A stretch of 63,727 nucleotides of DNA, filler included, from Bigelowiella natans CCMP2755 (Eukaryota; Protista; Cercozoa), in assembly GCA_000320545.1 (NCBI GenBank). It is 5 parts of 5 records of this genome, joined end to end, with 100 filler letters (N's around TTAATTAATTAA, not from the genome) between each part and the next. Parts side by side here need not be neighbours in the genome. Positions count along the whole stretch, not along the records: positions 14,523 to 42,824 come from ADNK01000340.1; positions 42,925 to 57,844 come from ADNK01002171.1; 3 more parts are not named here. One strand, given 5' to 3'. Each line of letters begins with the position of its first letter. Position 1 is the first letter of the stretch. The notes under the pieces are model-generated. The model was given only the letters and a program-made list of their open reading frames with translations, was not told where the DNA came from and made no database searches. Made by a program: the position numbers and the translations under genes. Of the stretch, positions 35,805 to 49,382 are shown piece by piece.

Positions 35805-37219
35805 GGGTGGGGGGGGGGGAGAAGGAGAGCGAAGAATAAATCTTTCCATCTGACCAACGTGCTCGGTGTATGAATTCTAATCGATGCTCATCGGCATATC
35901 GGCATATTCGGAACCACTGAAAAGACGAGAGCAAAGCCCATGCTTCTGACCGGTCCGAATTACACCAATGATTAATGCCTCCTACATTGAGACTAATTGC
36001 AATTGTATGCACTTGAAAGGATCCTACGATAAAACAGTGCGAGAGTGGCACGTTTACAGCGACGTTATCGGGGAAAGGAAGCACAGATCCGAGGCCAGGT
36101 TTGTTACTGAGAAACAACGTTTCTAGGGAATTATCAATGATGTAATGTCTGGAATCAAGACAATTGATGATGAAACTCATTGCTTAATATGTGCAATCAA
36201 AGATCCTTCTCACGATGCGTGCATACCTCAAACGTTGCCGTTCTATCCCTTACAGTTTGGAGGGTATGAATTCACAAAAAAAACGACAGACTAACCCCCT
36301 CCCCCCCCCCTCCCAACACACAAATATTTTGAATGCTTTCCAACATCACAAAGAAGAAGATGTGCCGAGGCACATACACGAATAGCTTCTTTGCCTTCTC
36401 GAGTCCAAAACATGAAATTATAACAACAGGGCCTTTTGATTCTGGGGCTGAAAACAGGAGTGATTCGAGTCGTGTCCTCAAGGTGCTGGCAGCAGCAGCG
36501 TCGAGCGATTGATGATGGGGATTCATGGAAATACTGCGACCTTGAATGGCATTCAGATTACGTTACGTGCCTCAAAGTGACGAGAGAAGGGTATTATGCA
36601 TACATGTACATGCACACGTAACATTTGCATCGATAGCACAGGATAAGACCGTGTTTGTCGTAGTGCTTCCATACCCTTCACTCCTTCGCCCTGAAGTAGA
36701 GCCTCAGCATGATTATTGCCCCACATTGAGTGTGTAAATGTGATGAATCAAGGCAAGACGTGGCGCATGTATATATTCGGACATATTTTTGTTTCATTTT
36801 CCTAAGATGGCTCTTTAGCGCCAGCAACGACTCGCTAGCCTGTGCAGCTCCAATCCAGCCCTTTTTGAGGCTGAAAAAGGAGGGTTCCGCTGGCTCGAAG
36901 CCAACGCCGATGGTTTTTTATGGACATGAAAAAGGTGCGTGTAATGTGAGCTGATAAGGTTTGGTTTGATTTGAACATCAATGTTGTTACGACGAATAAT
37001 TTCATGTTTAATTTCTTTTAGGGATATTCAGTATGTGTGTAGAAGGGTCGATTATGCTGACAGGTACCTGCATACGCTGCTGTTTATAGGGAGAAACGGT
37101 TGAACGAAAGCATTTTCTGATCCTCCCCTCCCCCCCCCCTTCCCCCTCTCTCTCTCCTTCTCCATTATCCCCCCCAATCTGAACGAGATCATGAATATTT
37201 CAACTCTTACTATAAGACG

Positions 37220-37257
<38 letters not shown>

Positions 37258-38745
37258 CTCACATCTCTGCATAGGTTCGGCTGATGGGACTGTAAAGGCG
37301 TGGGAAAATCCTCTTACCACGGACACAAATGGCGGCATGGGTAACAAACAACAACATGCTTGCCGATGCCATCTGCACTCTTGTCGTTAGGTCGGAGAGA
37401 AAGAGAAAGTAGAGTTGAGGCTATGTGATATTGACCTGCATAATTCCTCTGCCGATCGATGAATGCAGGCGGGAGAGGGCGGTGTTTGTGCACGTATCGC
37501 TACCACACGGACACGGTGCACAACATCCTCCTTTGGCGAGGCAAAATGTATACATGCTCTGGTGCTGCGGAGCTGGTGAGTCAGATGTCCTGGATTACCT
37601 CGCCAGCCTAATCCTTTTCGAAAGAGAAAATGATGCTGAACATCTATGTTTTTTTTGTTCGCTCTCGCCTCTGATATAAAGGCCGTTTGGGAGCCGGGAA
37701 GACAGTGCGAGTTTTGCCCGGAGGTCACACAACGGAAATGTGATGCGGAAAGAAGAGAGTGAAACGATGAAGATCCCCACCGTTGACAACCCTCTTATTA
37801 TTTATTCTTGCAGATTCATGAGGAGGGTCGTTGTGTGGTGGATGAGATCGAGTGTGAGCACTGCGAAGGATGGTACTGCCCAATAGATGCATGTTCCACA
37901 GAGACAAAAGATGGAGCGAGGGAGGGATTGGGAGGGGGGATTTATTCACACATGTGTTTAAAGATGCATGTACACGGCAAGGTATCATCCTACGATGGAG
38001 AAGTCTCACAAGCGTCTGTGCGAAAACTGGCCTCATTTTTGTCCAAACGGTGTATTTGGATGCTTTGAGAAGCTTCCACTTGGTCAGATATGCGCCACTG
38101 TAGACTATGAGAAATGATTGAATCTATCATTCCAAAGAATCGCTTTTCTGGTTCTCAATATGGCCATGCATGTGCCTACTCAGAACTTATGGGGATGCAC
38201 CTGAAGACGTGTAGATATCGCCCCAGGTCAATGTGTGCGGAAAATATGTTTACGCGCTCTTTGTACGCACCGCTGATAAGTATTATATGCCTCCTTATTA
38301 TATCCAAATTGGGGTGAAACACGAGACGTGAAATGCTCTATTTATCAGGGTTTGTCCCCACGACGGCTGCGGTGCCAAGATCCCTCACTGTAAGGAGTAG
38401 TGATGATGATGAAAGTGATTAGTGATTACAGAAGGTTTTTATTGGGAGATGGATATAGACTTCAAATATGTACGGCAGTACTGATAGCTTGTCTCACGAG
38501 ACGGTTGTTGGTCGCATTAGAGGAGCGCAAGAGTCCATGTTTCCCTTCTCGAAAGAATTCTCAGATATTGCACACGATAGTGTGAAAGCAAAGTTAACTT
38601 TGATTCGATGCTTGCTGCAGGCGAGTATTACTTGCACACGCAGGAGCGATGCGAGCACCGGCAAGTGACGTGCGAGGTGTATCTTAAACATGTGATTTTT
38701 TTCCTTAAATGTGATGCATGACGAGAGAAAATCTTAATTGCGCAC

Positions 38746-38791
<46 letters not shown>

Positions 38792-39076
38792 TATATCACA
38801 GATCCCTGATTGTGGCAAGGTGCTAACGTTTAAGAACCTGAAAGGTGGATATTTTGAAAAAAGAATTTTTTAGCGATGACGGCGGCTCATTTGTTTCACA
38901 CAAATCAGCTCGTAAACTCTTTCAGATCTAGATATCAAAGAGTAATCATGGTGATTTAACATACGTTTAGCACATTTGTCTGAGGGCGGAGACTGTCCGG
39001 AGGCACCTACTCGTTGTCCCTGCTGCAAAGTTGTAATTTTATTCTGCTCAATGTTTATATTGGGGGATGGATGTTT

Positions 39077-39122
<46 letters not shown>

Positions 39123-39536
39123 CCTATTTGATGCATGGTACAATGGTTATATTTCGCAATAGTCATCGGCTAAAGGCACTCTACCACAATCTGAAAAAAT
39201 ACCTCCTCGTTTGCGACCGTGTTGATGTGTATCTGTGTGTTTTAAATAGGCAAAAATTCCCCATCAGCGTGATTTAGGATTGCATAAAGCAGAGGAGTGC
39301 CCCGAGAGGTTACTAACGTGTCAGAACTGCGAAGAGGTACAAACAGAAATTACACGTACATTATAAAGCTGAAACCCCAAATATATATTATCTCACACGA
39401 ACAACATCCCGCGGAACAGAAATGCAAAGCTAGAAGTATCACGTCTCATATGAAGGATACATGTCGCAAGCGTAAGCTCCCTTGCAAAGGTACATCTTGC
39501 ATCATGTATCGATCTCAAGCAGCACACGCACGCATA

Positions 39537-39573
<37 letters not shown>

Positions 39574-40540
39574 CTCCCAATTAGGATGCGGCAGCCTCTT
39601 CGAAGCGGATACGCTTGACCCTCAGAACCCTCAAAAGATGAAGAAGAAGAAGAAGAAAGAGACAAAGCCAAAAGCAGGCTACAAGCGACCCGCAGCTAAG
39701 AAGAGCAGCAACCCACGGGGCGGTGAATCAAAGCAAAAGACGAATGAGAATGGAACGTCATCGTCGCCAAGTAGTATCGATGATGATAACGTTGGAAGTA
39801 GCAGCGGCAGCACCAGCAGCAACAACATCAAGAGGGGTCCATCGAAGTTATTAAGCTGTCGTAGTGTCTTCAATGGCGGGTGGTGTTGTGACTGCGTTGC
39901 GAGAGCTTTCAGGGCAGCAAATACCGTGGATCTAGGCCCGTGGTGAGTACTTCGCCTCATCTACACCACTCACCGAGGCGAATTCGATGTCTTGCTATGA
40001 CGTCTCCTCCTCCCTTTGCATGGCTTTGAGCGATATACCTGTAGCAATGAACTATTTGCTAGAAGGGCTCAAGAGCGACGAAGCACAACATGCCATTCCG
40101 GCAGCTCTTCATTTCGCATCGTTCTACCATGTACTGACTTAATTGTCTTTTTTGGTCGCAGGAAACCTGCAAGACGGACTGGGGGTGGGTACGTAGCTCC
40201 ATTAGAGAAGAAGAAGAAGGTGGTGAAGCACAACAAGAAAATAGGCCGAGTGGCAACACGAAAGGTCGTCAATGTCGGTCTTCATAGCAAAAGGGAGAAA
40301 TCCAATAGAAAACCTAGAGGAGTTGGGAAGAACGGAAAAGGAAGCAGCAAATCCTCGATGCTGAAAAAGGCGACATCTTCATCTTTAAACAGAGCTAAGA
40401 GCAGTAATAAAAACTCGAAGCATACGATGGGAAGTGCTGCCTTGGCACTCAAAACAACATCCACCACTACACCATCATCTAGACCACCGTCATCCGTGTT
40501 ACAAAGAGCTGGGCTCGCAAGAATGAAAAGTGTAAGATGA
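33571..40540 (+). CDS. WD40-repeat protein with a C-terminal array of TRAF-type zinc fingers and a basic tail
   Basis: Many small exons. WD40: ILVVLSMDG|TLIAWD, WHSDYVTCLK|WLFSASND, FYGHEK|GIFSM..LT|GSADGTVKAWE, YHTDTVHNILLWRGKMYTCSG..|AVWE. TRAF-like fingers: HKRLCENWPHFCPN, HLKTCRYRP|RVCPHDGC, HTQERCEHRQVTC, HLSEGGDCPEAPTRCPCC, HKAEECPERLLTCQNC, HMKDTCRKRKLPCK|GC. The 5' exon structure is uncertain. Confidence 0.75.
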
Positions 40541-41084
40541 CCCGGCTTTATTGTTGATTTGCATGTCAACGCAGCACATTTAATTCCTTGATCACCAATC
40601 GTATTGCAATGAAATAATGTCGCATTGTCAACGAAGCTTCTACATGAAGCGGTGTCTCCGTCGCATAACAGTAGACACTAAAATGATGCACGCATTAGAA
40701 ATAATTACGCTATACGATACGGCGGCTATTACGCACCAGAAAATTATCATCGGTCTCGATTAGAAAATACTGCTTCGCATTGCTATAGTATCTATCTATC
40801 TATGCGTGCTTTGCAAGCACCTGCGATAATAGGTGTGTAGAGGTGCATGTTCGCATACTTGATGTGCTAGCAGCAAGGGCTACGTAGGCCATTCATGCAC
40901 ACGACAGGCGAGAAGAAGCGAATATGGCAAGCAATGGCATGTTACATGAACGTCAGGCCAAAACATTGATGAATCATAAATATGTAACGAATGGCTTTCA
41001 TCATTTACTTGCTGCAGCGGTAAGCACGGTACGCGTTAATACACATTTCCGATGTGGTACATCGCATGATGTGAAGATCTCTCA

Positions 41085-41455
41085 TTAAACGCTTTGCATC
41101 TCTATTGCAGTGTGTCCCTGCAGCTCTGCGCCTTTCCGGTCTTTCCCCTTGTCAACGGACCCTGAAATGTTCGTCGGAGACGCCATTGAACTCGTCGTTT
41201 CTGGTAGAGTAAATCGTGAAAAAGTTGTATCATTCAAGGCCAAGAATGCCAGCTCATACATGCTACTACTCACTTGGCTGCTGGTGCTTGATTGTCACAG
41301 TGACTCCCTTGGATTCTCCTATACTCGATCTGCTCGTCACAGAAGAGAGGTAGAGGTCAGATATCAGCGGCATAGTAGCTCTAAAAACGAGAAAACATAT
41401 CACATAGTGAAAATTGCTGCTCTGCAACAATGCCGATGCTGATGTGTGATGAATG

Positions 41456-41491
<36 letters not shown>

Positions 41492-42500
41492 CTTTGTTTC
41501 GGATAACGATATTTCCTCCACTACTGTTTTCCCACTTCCCGCCCCTCCCCTTCTACGGCTAATGCAATCGTAACCCTCCAGTCGGCTGCTTTGAGTCCTC
41601 GCTGATCAGATAATAGCACGCACACAAACAGCACACGACCCACGTCACTTCTCCAATTCATCATCGGCATCATCACCATCATCATCATCATCATCATCTA
41701 CAATATCATCATCATCATCAATCGTCGTCGTCATCGACGTATTAATTATCATCGGTCTTTGTCGTTATAGATGTTCTGTTAGGAAAAAAGGCAAAATAGT
41801 ACAGAATGTGGTCGAGTCTCTGGTCGCGGAGAGCGTTTTTGAGGATGAGCTCCCTGCGGTATACACACAGCGGTGAAATATGCACACAAACAATTATAAG
41901 ATGAGCAGCAATACTCACAAGAAGGGAGAGAACAAGGATCGGTGTGAAAATGTATATTTACTTCCCCTCTCGCCCGTCATCACATCCTGAGGTCAATCTG
42001 GAGCTGAAGCCCACACTTTTTTGATCGTCGCGATCACCGATCTTCCCCGCTTCATCTTACCATTAACAAAGCATCATATTAATTCAATCTTTGCGCAATC
42101 CTTGCGTATGATGCTAATGTATAGGTTTCGATGAACGTCTATCATGATTAATAATCGGCCTTGAAAACTGAGTCTACTCTCCACGTCTCCCTACACTCTC
42201 CATTACTATCCTCTATGTACGTACTCTCTTCGTTCGATAATCGAAACAATTTGGAGAGATTGTGCTGTTTCTTTGTCTCCAGCCCCTAGAGTAAGTGTGA
42301 TTATCAAAGAAAGGAATATATAGTGGTAAGGAGCTGCGTAATGCCTTCACGAATACACTGCATTTGAAGCGAGATAAATAGTCAGCTCGGACAGTATCCA
42401 TGAGGCTCATCATCATCGTGACCATCATCATCATCATCTTCTTCTTCTTACTATATGATCCAGAAACGCAGCTACATCCTCAGTAAAGTTTCTGTACGTA
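41085..42500 (-). CDS. 3' exons of an unidentified minus-strand gene (5' end lost at the gap)
   Basis: Terminal exon ~41202-41085 (..SSMASPTNISGSVDKGKDRKGAELQGHTAIEMQSV*) is preceded by several short AG/GT-bounded blocks (~41272-41330, 41580-41605, 41805-41855, 42225-42285, 42455-42492). No family recognised. Confidence 0.45.
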
Positions 42501-42509
42501 TATCGACGG

Positions 42510-42641
42510 CGATAAAATAAAAAGCAAATACCCAACACGGTTTTACCAAGAACATGTTAATGGTGCACCTCCAACAAGAGAGAAAGAGTGGTGGGGATAG
42601 AGAGAAGATAACTCACACACACACACACACACACACACTTA

Positions 42642-42686
<45 letters not shown>

Positions 42687-42824
42687 ATATAAGTGTGTGT
42701 GTGTGTGTGTGTGTGTGAGTGTTCTTCTCTCTATCCCCACCACTCTCTCTCTCTTGTTGGAGGTGCACCATTAACATGTTCGTGGATAAAACCGTGTTTG
42801 GGTATTTTGTTTTTTATTTTATCG
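42510..42824. repeat. ~315-bp imperfect palindrome centred on an (AT)n tract, ending at a gap
   Basis: The left arm cgataaaataaaaagcaaatacccaacacgg..catgttaatggtgcacctccaacaagag..(CA)n is mirrored by (TG)n..ctcttgttggaggtgcaccattaacatg..ccgtgtttgggtattttg..ttttatcg. Confidence 0.9.
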
Positions 42825-42924
42825 NNNNNNNNNNNNNNNNNNNNNNNNNNNNNNNNNNNNNNNNNNNNTTAATTAATTAANNNNNNNNNNNNNNNNNNNN
42901 NNNNNNNNNNNNNNNNNNNNNNNN
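42825..42924. other. assembly gap with TTAATTAATTAA linker
   Basis: 44 N + linker + 44 N. Confidence 0.98.
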
Positions 42925-44169
42925 GGGGGGGGGGTCCCTTTCCCGTTCCGAAAGAACAAACTGAAAGCATCTGGTTCAAAACAGGTAAGGGATTTCGGTC
43001 ACGGCGAGGCAGTCGCGCCGGTCGTAGGACCGGGATTCGCCCGCCCTCTTTGGTCGTTTTCTTGTCGCTTTGGACTCCCTTCATCACATGACTACGTGCG
43101 ATGTGCTATCCGCCGCAAGGGTCGGGTTTTTTAGCAAGAAGTAGTGCGTAAAACAGTAGGAGCTCTCTTCCGCCTCCTCCTCCTCCTCTTCCTTCTCCTC
43201 CTCCTCTTTCTCTCCCTCTTTCCTCATACTCGGACCATTCCTTCCTCTTCTTCTTCCTTCTCTTCTTCTCTTATATCCTTTCAGGTGGGGCAAGGTCACG
43301 GCCCACGCCTCCGTGAACGCTGTCGTGCAGCTCCTATGTGAGTAGCGATGATGACGATGATGATGATGACGATTATGATGACGATGATGATAATGATGAC
43401 GATGATGATGATGGTGATGATGATGATGATGAGGTCTGTTAGCTGCATTATTTGTACATATGCATATACTTTCATGGATGGATGTGTGCGTGTTCATGTG
43501 CGTGTGCGTGTGCGTGTGCGTGTGCGTGTGTGTGTGTATGAATGTAAGATTGTGGAATCAGTGCTGACATTGCCTGTCTTGCAACCTCGATCTCATCAGC
43601 ATTCAATATGCTTAACACCATCGCCCCGTATGCTGCATATCACACCAAGCATCATCATCATGCTACCTCCTCCGGTGATGACAGCTACGCAGGTCATCCC
43701 ATCCCCCCCCTTCCCCCCTCCGATATGAGTGAATGCGATATTGGTTGTGTTATTCTGCTGCGCTTACGGTTTCTCTTCATCGGTCGTTTGTTTTGCCTGC
43801 GAGTCATAATAGCTTCTTCTGTCATGCTGATAAGTCCTCCTCTCTCTCCCCCCCACCCCTCTCACTCTGCCCCTGTCCGGGTCTGGTCCGTTATGACGTA
43901 CCCGGCCGAATCTCCCGACCGGGTTGAAAGGGGGTGTCCTCGGCTTGGCCATCGAGCTCTCCTACATCGCTCTCACATTGGGTGGGGCAAGGCGCGACTT
44001 GGAGATGTTGTGTGTCCCTGTGCAGCTAGAAACGCCACCACCAAACACGCCACCTTTACACTCGCCATCGTCTCAGGTTCGCTACTATCGATTTGGGTAT
44101 CGACGCGGCATTTCCCAACGCTGGCCGTCATCCTCGGCGGGTAAGTGGGAACCGGGCATGCGGCGGAAA

Positions 44170-44202
<33 letters not shown>

Positions 44203-44501
44203 TGATGATGCAGGAACTAGCATCTTCTTCTTTCCCCTGAGCGCTCGTAACGAATGATGTTTTGATGTCCATGATGCATGCTTGCTCCTTGTTGATCTAA
44301 CACGTTTCCTCCTCCACCAGCATGTTCTTCATTATCACGATAATGGCGCTCGACTTGGGGGATTGGTCCAAAGGCGACGGTAGCGCAAGCAGTTTCTTGC
44401 TCTTGTTTTGCTTGTTTTCTCTTTTTTTTTTTTGGAAATGTGTAAAAGGTGGATGCTATGGTATGTGTATTTGATTTACCTGCAGAATGCATTATGAATT
44501 A

Positions 44502-44532
<31 letters not shown>

Positions 44533-45308
44533 ATTATGTATGTATTAATTTACACTCATGTAAGAATTTCCGCCATATTGCTGTGGTCGTGTCGCGGAAC
44601 TAAAGTCATCGATTTTGCCGCTATGGGAGATTCTCGATTCCCATATTTCTGTTGCGGGCGAAGTATTTGCAGTAGCGGCAGTAGTGTTAGCATCCCTCCC
44701 CTCCCCCCTCCGCATATAGAACCTTTATTTCACATGCCGAGAGGCCTCTATCAATCTCACTCGTCATGCTTTTAATCATCCTCAGGAGCTCCGATAATGA
44801 TCATGTGCGTCTGCGGCATACGTTTCATCGATGGGTCCCGTTCGTTTTTCATTCGCGTAGCGGGGGAGGGGGTGGGGGGGGGGGGGGGGGAAAAAAAATT
44901 AAAAATGCGGGATTTTTCCCCTCCAATTTCTCTCATCCGTTCCGATGCAAATATACAACACAATGCAGGTATATTTCGCCAGTGATCTTCCGCGATATTG
45001 AGCTGGTGGACTGTGCGAATAGAGAGGACCTTGCCCGGTAAGTGACTAGGGCGAGGGGGTTGTAGAAGATGCACTTTTTCCGCGGCCGGCGACATTACTC
45101 TTGAGGGGAAATTTTCAGAGAAACATATTCTAAAATTGAAGGAGCAGCATCAATGTTGGATGTTTATTTCGATCTTCTGTTGTCTCCCACCGTGACCCCC
45201 CCCCCCTTTCCCGACACTTACTTCACCGTTCCTTGTAGGTGGGTTGCGAATGTGGAGAAGATCGTCACATTCTTCGGTTATACTTGTACACATGCTCGAT
45301 GTGCGAAC

Positions 45309-45384
<76 letters not shown>

Positions 45385-45691
45385 TTGCGTGCGTTCGTGT
45401 CCGCGAAATCTTCTTTCTTCAAGAAGTAAATAAGAGAAGAGGGAAAAGCAATTTCGAACACCACGGTGCTGGCACTGATTTCGCATCGGAGTTGGTTGAG
45501 AGAGCAGCCGTCCTCTCACGCCCAGATTCACCTTGCATCACATGTGTTTGACATCTAGAACGCACAAGTACACACCACACGTGCATCATGGATCACGATC
45601 TCCCCTCCTAATCGTGCCTGTACGTTGTTGTGTTATTGTAGGAGCGTGGGTTGTGTACGCACTCGTCGAGACAAACAACGTACCAACGTAG
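42925..45691 (+). CDS. 3' part of an unidentified multi-pass membrane protein
   Basis: Short GT-AG exons encode hydrophobic peptides: WGKVTAHASVNAVVQLL (~43285-43337), GGVLGLAIELSYIALTL (~43930-43981), SLLSIWVSTRHFPTLAVILG (~44077-44140), VIFRDIELVDCANREDLAR, WVANVEKIVTFF, GAWVVYALVETNNVPT*. Confidence 0.55.
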
Positions 45692-46526
45692 CCACGCCTT
45701 GTCGTGGTTACATTAGCAGCCTTCATGCTAGGGGAATCGTCTTGTGTTTCATCAGTCCACAATAACGTATTACTCTGGGATTCCAAACAATTGCAATACC
45801 TGCATGTCTGTCTAGCTGTACAGCGCGCGCCAGCTGTGCACATCTAGACATGAATCAGAGGCGCAGAATCGCTTACATCATATACGAGCATGCTAGCATG
45901 CTGTCTGTCCTACAAAGCAGATGTGCTAGATATACCAGTTCGTAGACCCATACCTTATGCAGCGCATGCACTCTCGCTATTGCATCGCACACACAGCTCC
46001 ACATAGCATGAATGGCACAGCGACTTGACTACATATAGCAATATAGCTAGATAGCCATATTGAGCTCAACAATGATATTGATTGATTGCCAATTTTGCCG
46101 CGAGGTTTTTTTCAACTTCCCTGCCTGCGCAAGAAGGCAGACGGGCTTCGTTGGGCGGTGTAAGCAGAATATGATGTGCAGACTGCAATCTGTATCTGTG
46201 AGTATATTCCGTCTTGTACGTACGTAGCCGATCAGATTATTAATATCGATCATGTGCGGGCAGACCCATAATGTATGTCACAAGAAAGACATCTGAGATG
46301 CACTTTGCACGTACAACATAATGACAAATGCGTGCATGCATACAGCAATTTACAACTCCAAAAATATACTTAACTGGTCAGTATATAAACCAAAACAAAC
46401 TTTGCATTTAACGTGCGGTAAATCAGCATCGCAGGCTAGCCAATTAGCACTGTACCGGTCTTTATATTAGGATCACCACGATGGCATGAATTGTATAAGC
46501 AAGATCAACGATATGTACAATACGAA

Positions 46527-47649
46527 TCAGTCAAAATCTTCGTCCTCATCTTCATCATCAGCGTTGTCGTCCTCCGTGCTGAGCCCCGACGTTTGCACCT
46601 ACAATTAGATGTAGAATGTAAGATTGTCATAGAAAATCCTTTTAAGAGTGGCGATAGGACATGCTCATTCAAGCATTTGAGAGAGCGCATGCAGGCCAGA
46701 GAGGCAAGGTGTTAACACTACTTATACGAACGAACAATGCTGCTATATTTGCGTAGAAGGCGAACCTTTTCATCGCCGAAGTCGTAGTAGGTCGGCTTAT
46801 GCGCTCCCTGTGCATGAAATAGCTTGTACGCAACCTTCCTAGCGGTTATGTCGCCCTTGGAGGACGCCGGAATATTACATGCAATTGCCCCGGCAAACTT
46901 TTGAATTACTGGTCGCTGTTTATTCAGCATCTTCCCTGATGGAGACCATTGATAAATGCAGAGGAAGGTTACAGCGGCGTGGGAAGGGGGGGGCAAGTTA
47001 TTGACAGAGGTAGACGAGAGTGGTCGTAGTAGCGCACACGCAATGATATTTTAACCTTTATTTTCTAATTGCGTGAGGAACAACTCTCACCTTTATCTCC
47101 TTCCCTTACTCCTCCGCCAAACCAATCGATCTGAGCGCGACATTTGTGAGTCTCTGTAAGTCACATGCCCCCCGCCCTCCTCTCTCCTTCTCTCCTCCTT
47201 TTCTCACTTGTACGAGCTTGGACCGAATTGATTTGACAGAGGAATCGTCAACCCCAAGAACGCCCAGCAGCCCCCACTGCATCGCACTGTGATAAAGGGG
47301 GGGAGAAGGTTGAGAGCTAGATTATCGGAACCACAAAGCACCGTATCCACTCATACTCATTCGAGAAGCTTCCCATCAGAGAACTGAATCCAGCTCCATA
47401 CTTCACGAGAGTGGCCTGTGGTTAAGGTAAAGCAATGGTGTCGGAGTGAGAAGATATAATATCTAAGCAACATGGAAACTTTTTCGACCCTGGTAATGGA
47501 GGGTTTTAGGGAGGGAGGGGGGGGGGAGCAACGACCTCGCCGGACGATGCTGAAACGATGATCCAATTTATTGCCGTTTCCTTTTGGTCAAGAAGCTTCT
47601 TGAACGCCTGCTTAAGGGAGAGTTCCTTAACGTCGCTGCTAGCCGCCAT
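46527..47649 (-). CDS. coactosin-like ADF-homology actin-binding protein
   Basis: Exons give MAASSDVKELSLKQAFKKLLDQKETAINWIIVS..|ATLVKYGAGFSSL..|AMQWGLLGVLGVDDSSVKSIRSKLVQ|IDWFGGGV..|KMLNKQRPVIQKFAG..KLFHAQGAHKPTYYDFGDEK|acidic tail*. This matches the ADF-H (coactosin-type) pattern. Confidence 0.75.
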
Positions 47650-47970
47650 GGCTCGGAATCGCTCCGATGTCCTGGGTTATTGATTGGTGCATTTAGACAA
47701 TAATTCTACACCGAATATATCTGAAAAATTAACTCGTCAAATTCGCAAAACATTAGGCTGGTCTTACCGAATTGACTTCTGCCCACTGGATCCCTTTCCA
47801 CCAGGATTTGACCTAGCATTCTTGCCGAATCTCCGGTCTTTGAGAATGGACAAAATAGATCTGGATTCGTTGTCGCAGGTGGAAAACCGCCTGTGTATTT
47901 AAAACGTCCCCCCCTCCACACAAACGACTTCTCATATTTCATCACCCTTCCCTCCCCCTCCCCCGGCTTG
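47650..47970. promoter_or_regulatory. divergent promoter region shared by the coactosin-like and photolyase genes
   Basis: About 320 bp between head-to-head ATGs. Confidence 0.6.
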
Positions 47971-49042
47971 ATGTCGCAGAAGAAGGCAGTTGCCATTCAC
48001 TGGTTCCGGAAGGGACTCCGGTTGCACGATAACCCGGCCCTTCTTGACGCCTGCAAGGTACAGCGGGAGGGAGTGTGGGGTGTGAGGTAGATAGTCATAG
48101 TAGGGGGAGGAGGATGGGCGAGTGTATGTTCTTGCTCATAACGTCGTAGCGAATGAATGTTCTTCCTCACAGGGCGCGCTGCTAGTGTATCCCCTCTTCA
48201 TCCTGGACCCGCACTTTGCTAAGCCAGATGTAAGCAGTCGCACACCTTGGCCGAAAATGGGAGAGGGAGGCAGGGGGGGAAGTGGGGGGGATACTCCCGA
48301 TTAACGGTCGGATTCTCACTTTTGTTGATCACATTCAGGTTGTGGGGCTCAATCGATACAACTTCTTATTAGAAAGGTGCTGCCACAAGCATGCCGATCA
48401 TCATTTTAGCCAGTCGCACACCCAGAAAATATGTGTCAAAATAAATATTATACCATATTTGTGAATGTTATTGGTGGGAGTGTGCGTAAAGACCTGTATG
48501 TGTGTATTGTGTGTGTGTGTGTGTTTATGTGTGTGTTGTGCTGTATTTTGTGTAAACTGTTCGCCCTATATCAGCCTGACCGACATCGATATGCAATTGC
48601 GAGAGAAGTACAAATCTAGGCTTTATGTCGTACAGGTTGGTCATTATTATCAGAAATGCACATATACGAGGGAAATGTGTGTGGGTGGGTGTGCCCCTGT
48701 TCGCAAGTGCGCCAAATGATCTCGAATCTCTCATACACCTTTTCTCCCACCCCCTTCTCTCTCTTTCCTCCCCACGTGATAAAAACGCACAAATAGTATG
48801 TTTCCCCCTTGTGGTGCTGGTGGTGGTTCATGGTGATGCGCGTGATGTGTGTGTGTGCGTGCGTGCGTGTACCATCCGTTGATGTTCTTGCTCTTATCCT
48901 TTCAGGGGAAGCCAGATAAAGTCCTACCACGCTTATTCAAGGAATGGAACGGTACTATATACGACTACGAACGCAATATCTTGAAGATTCGACGACCACG
49001 ACATCTCTGGCATAACAATATCGTCGTTACCTGTTGCTGCTG

Positions 49043-49084
<42 letters not shown>

Positions 49085-49222
49085 TTCCCCTTCCTCCTCC
49101 TTTCAAACCAAACCGATGATAGTCACCCGGATGACCTGGGAATTCGATACGGAGCCGTATGCACGCATTCGCGACAAGCAGATCCATGAGGTAGTCGCCA
49201 TGGACGACGATGCTGCAAGACT

Positions 49223-49273
<51 letters not shown>

Positions 49274-49349
49274 TCACATTTTTCAATATACCAGTAACTG
49301 AAATAAGATGTCCTCAACTTTGAATATCATCGAGTCGTCATCGTCCCGA

Positions 49350-49382
<33 letters not shown>

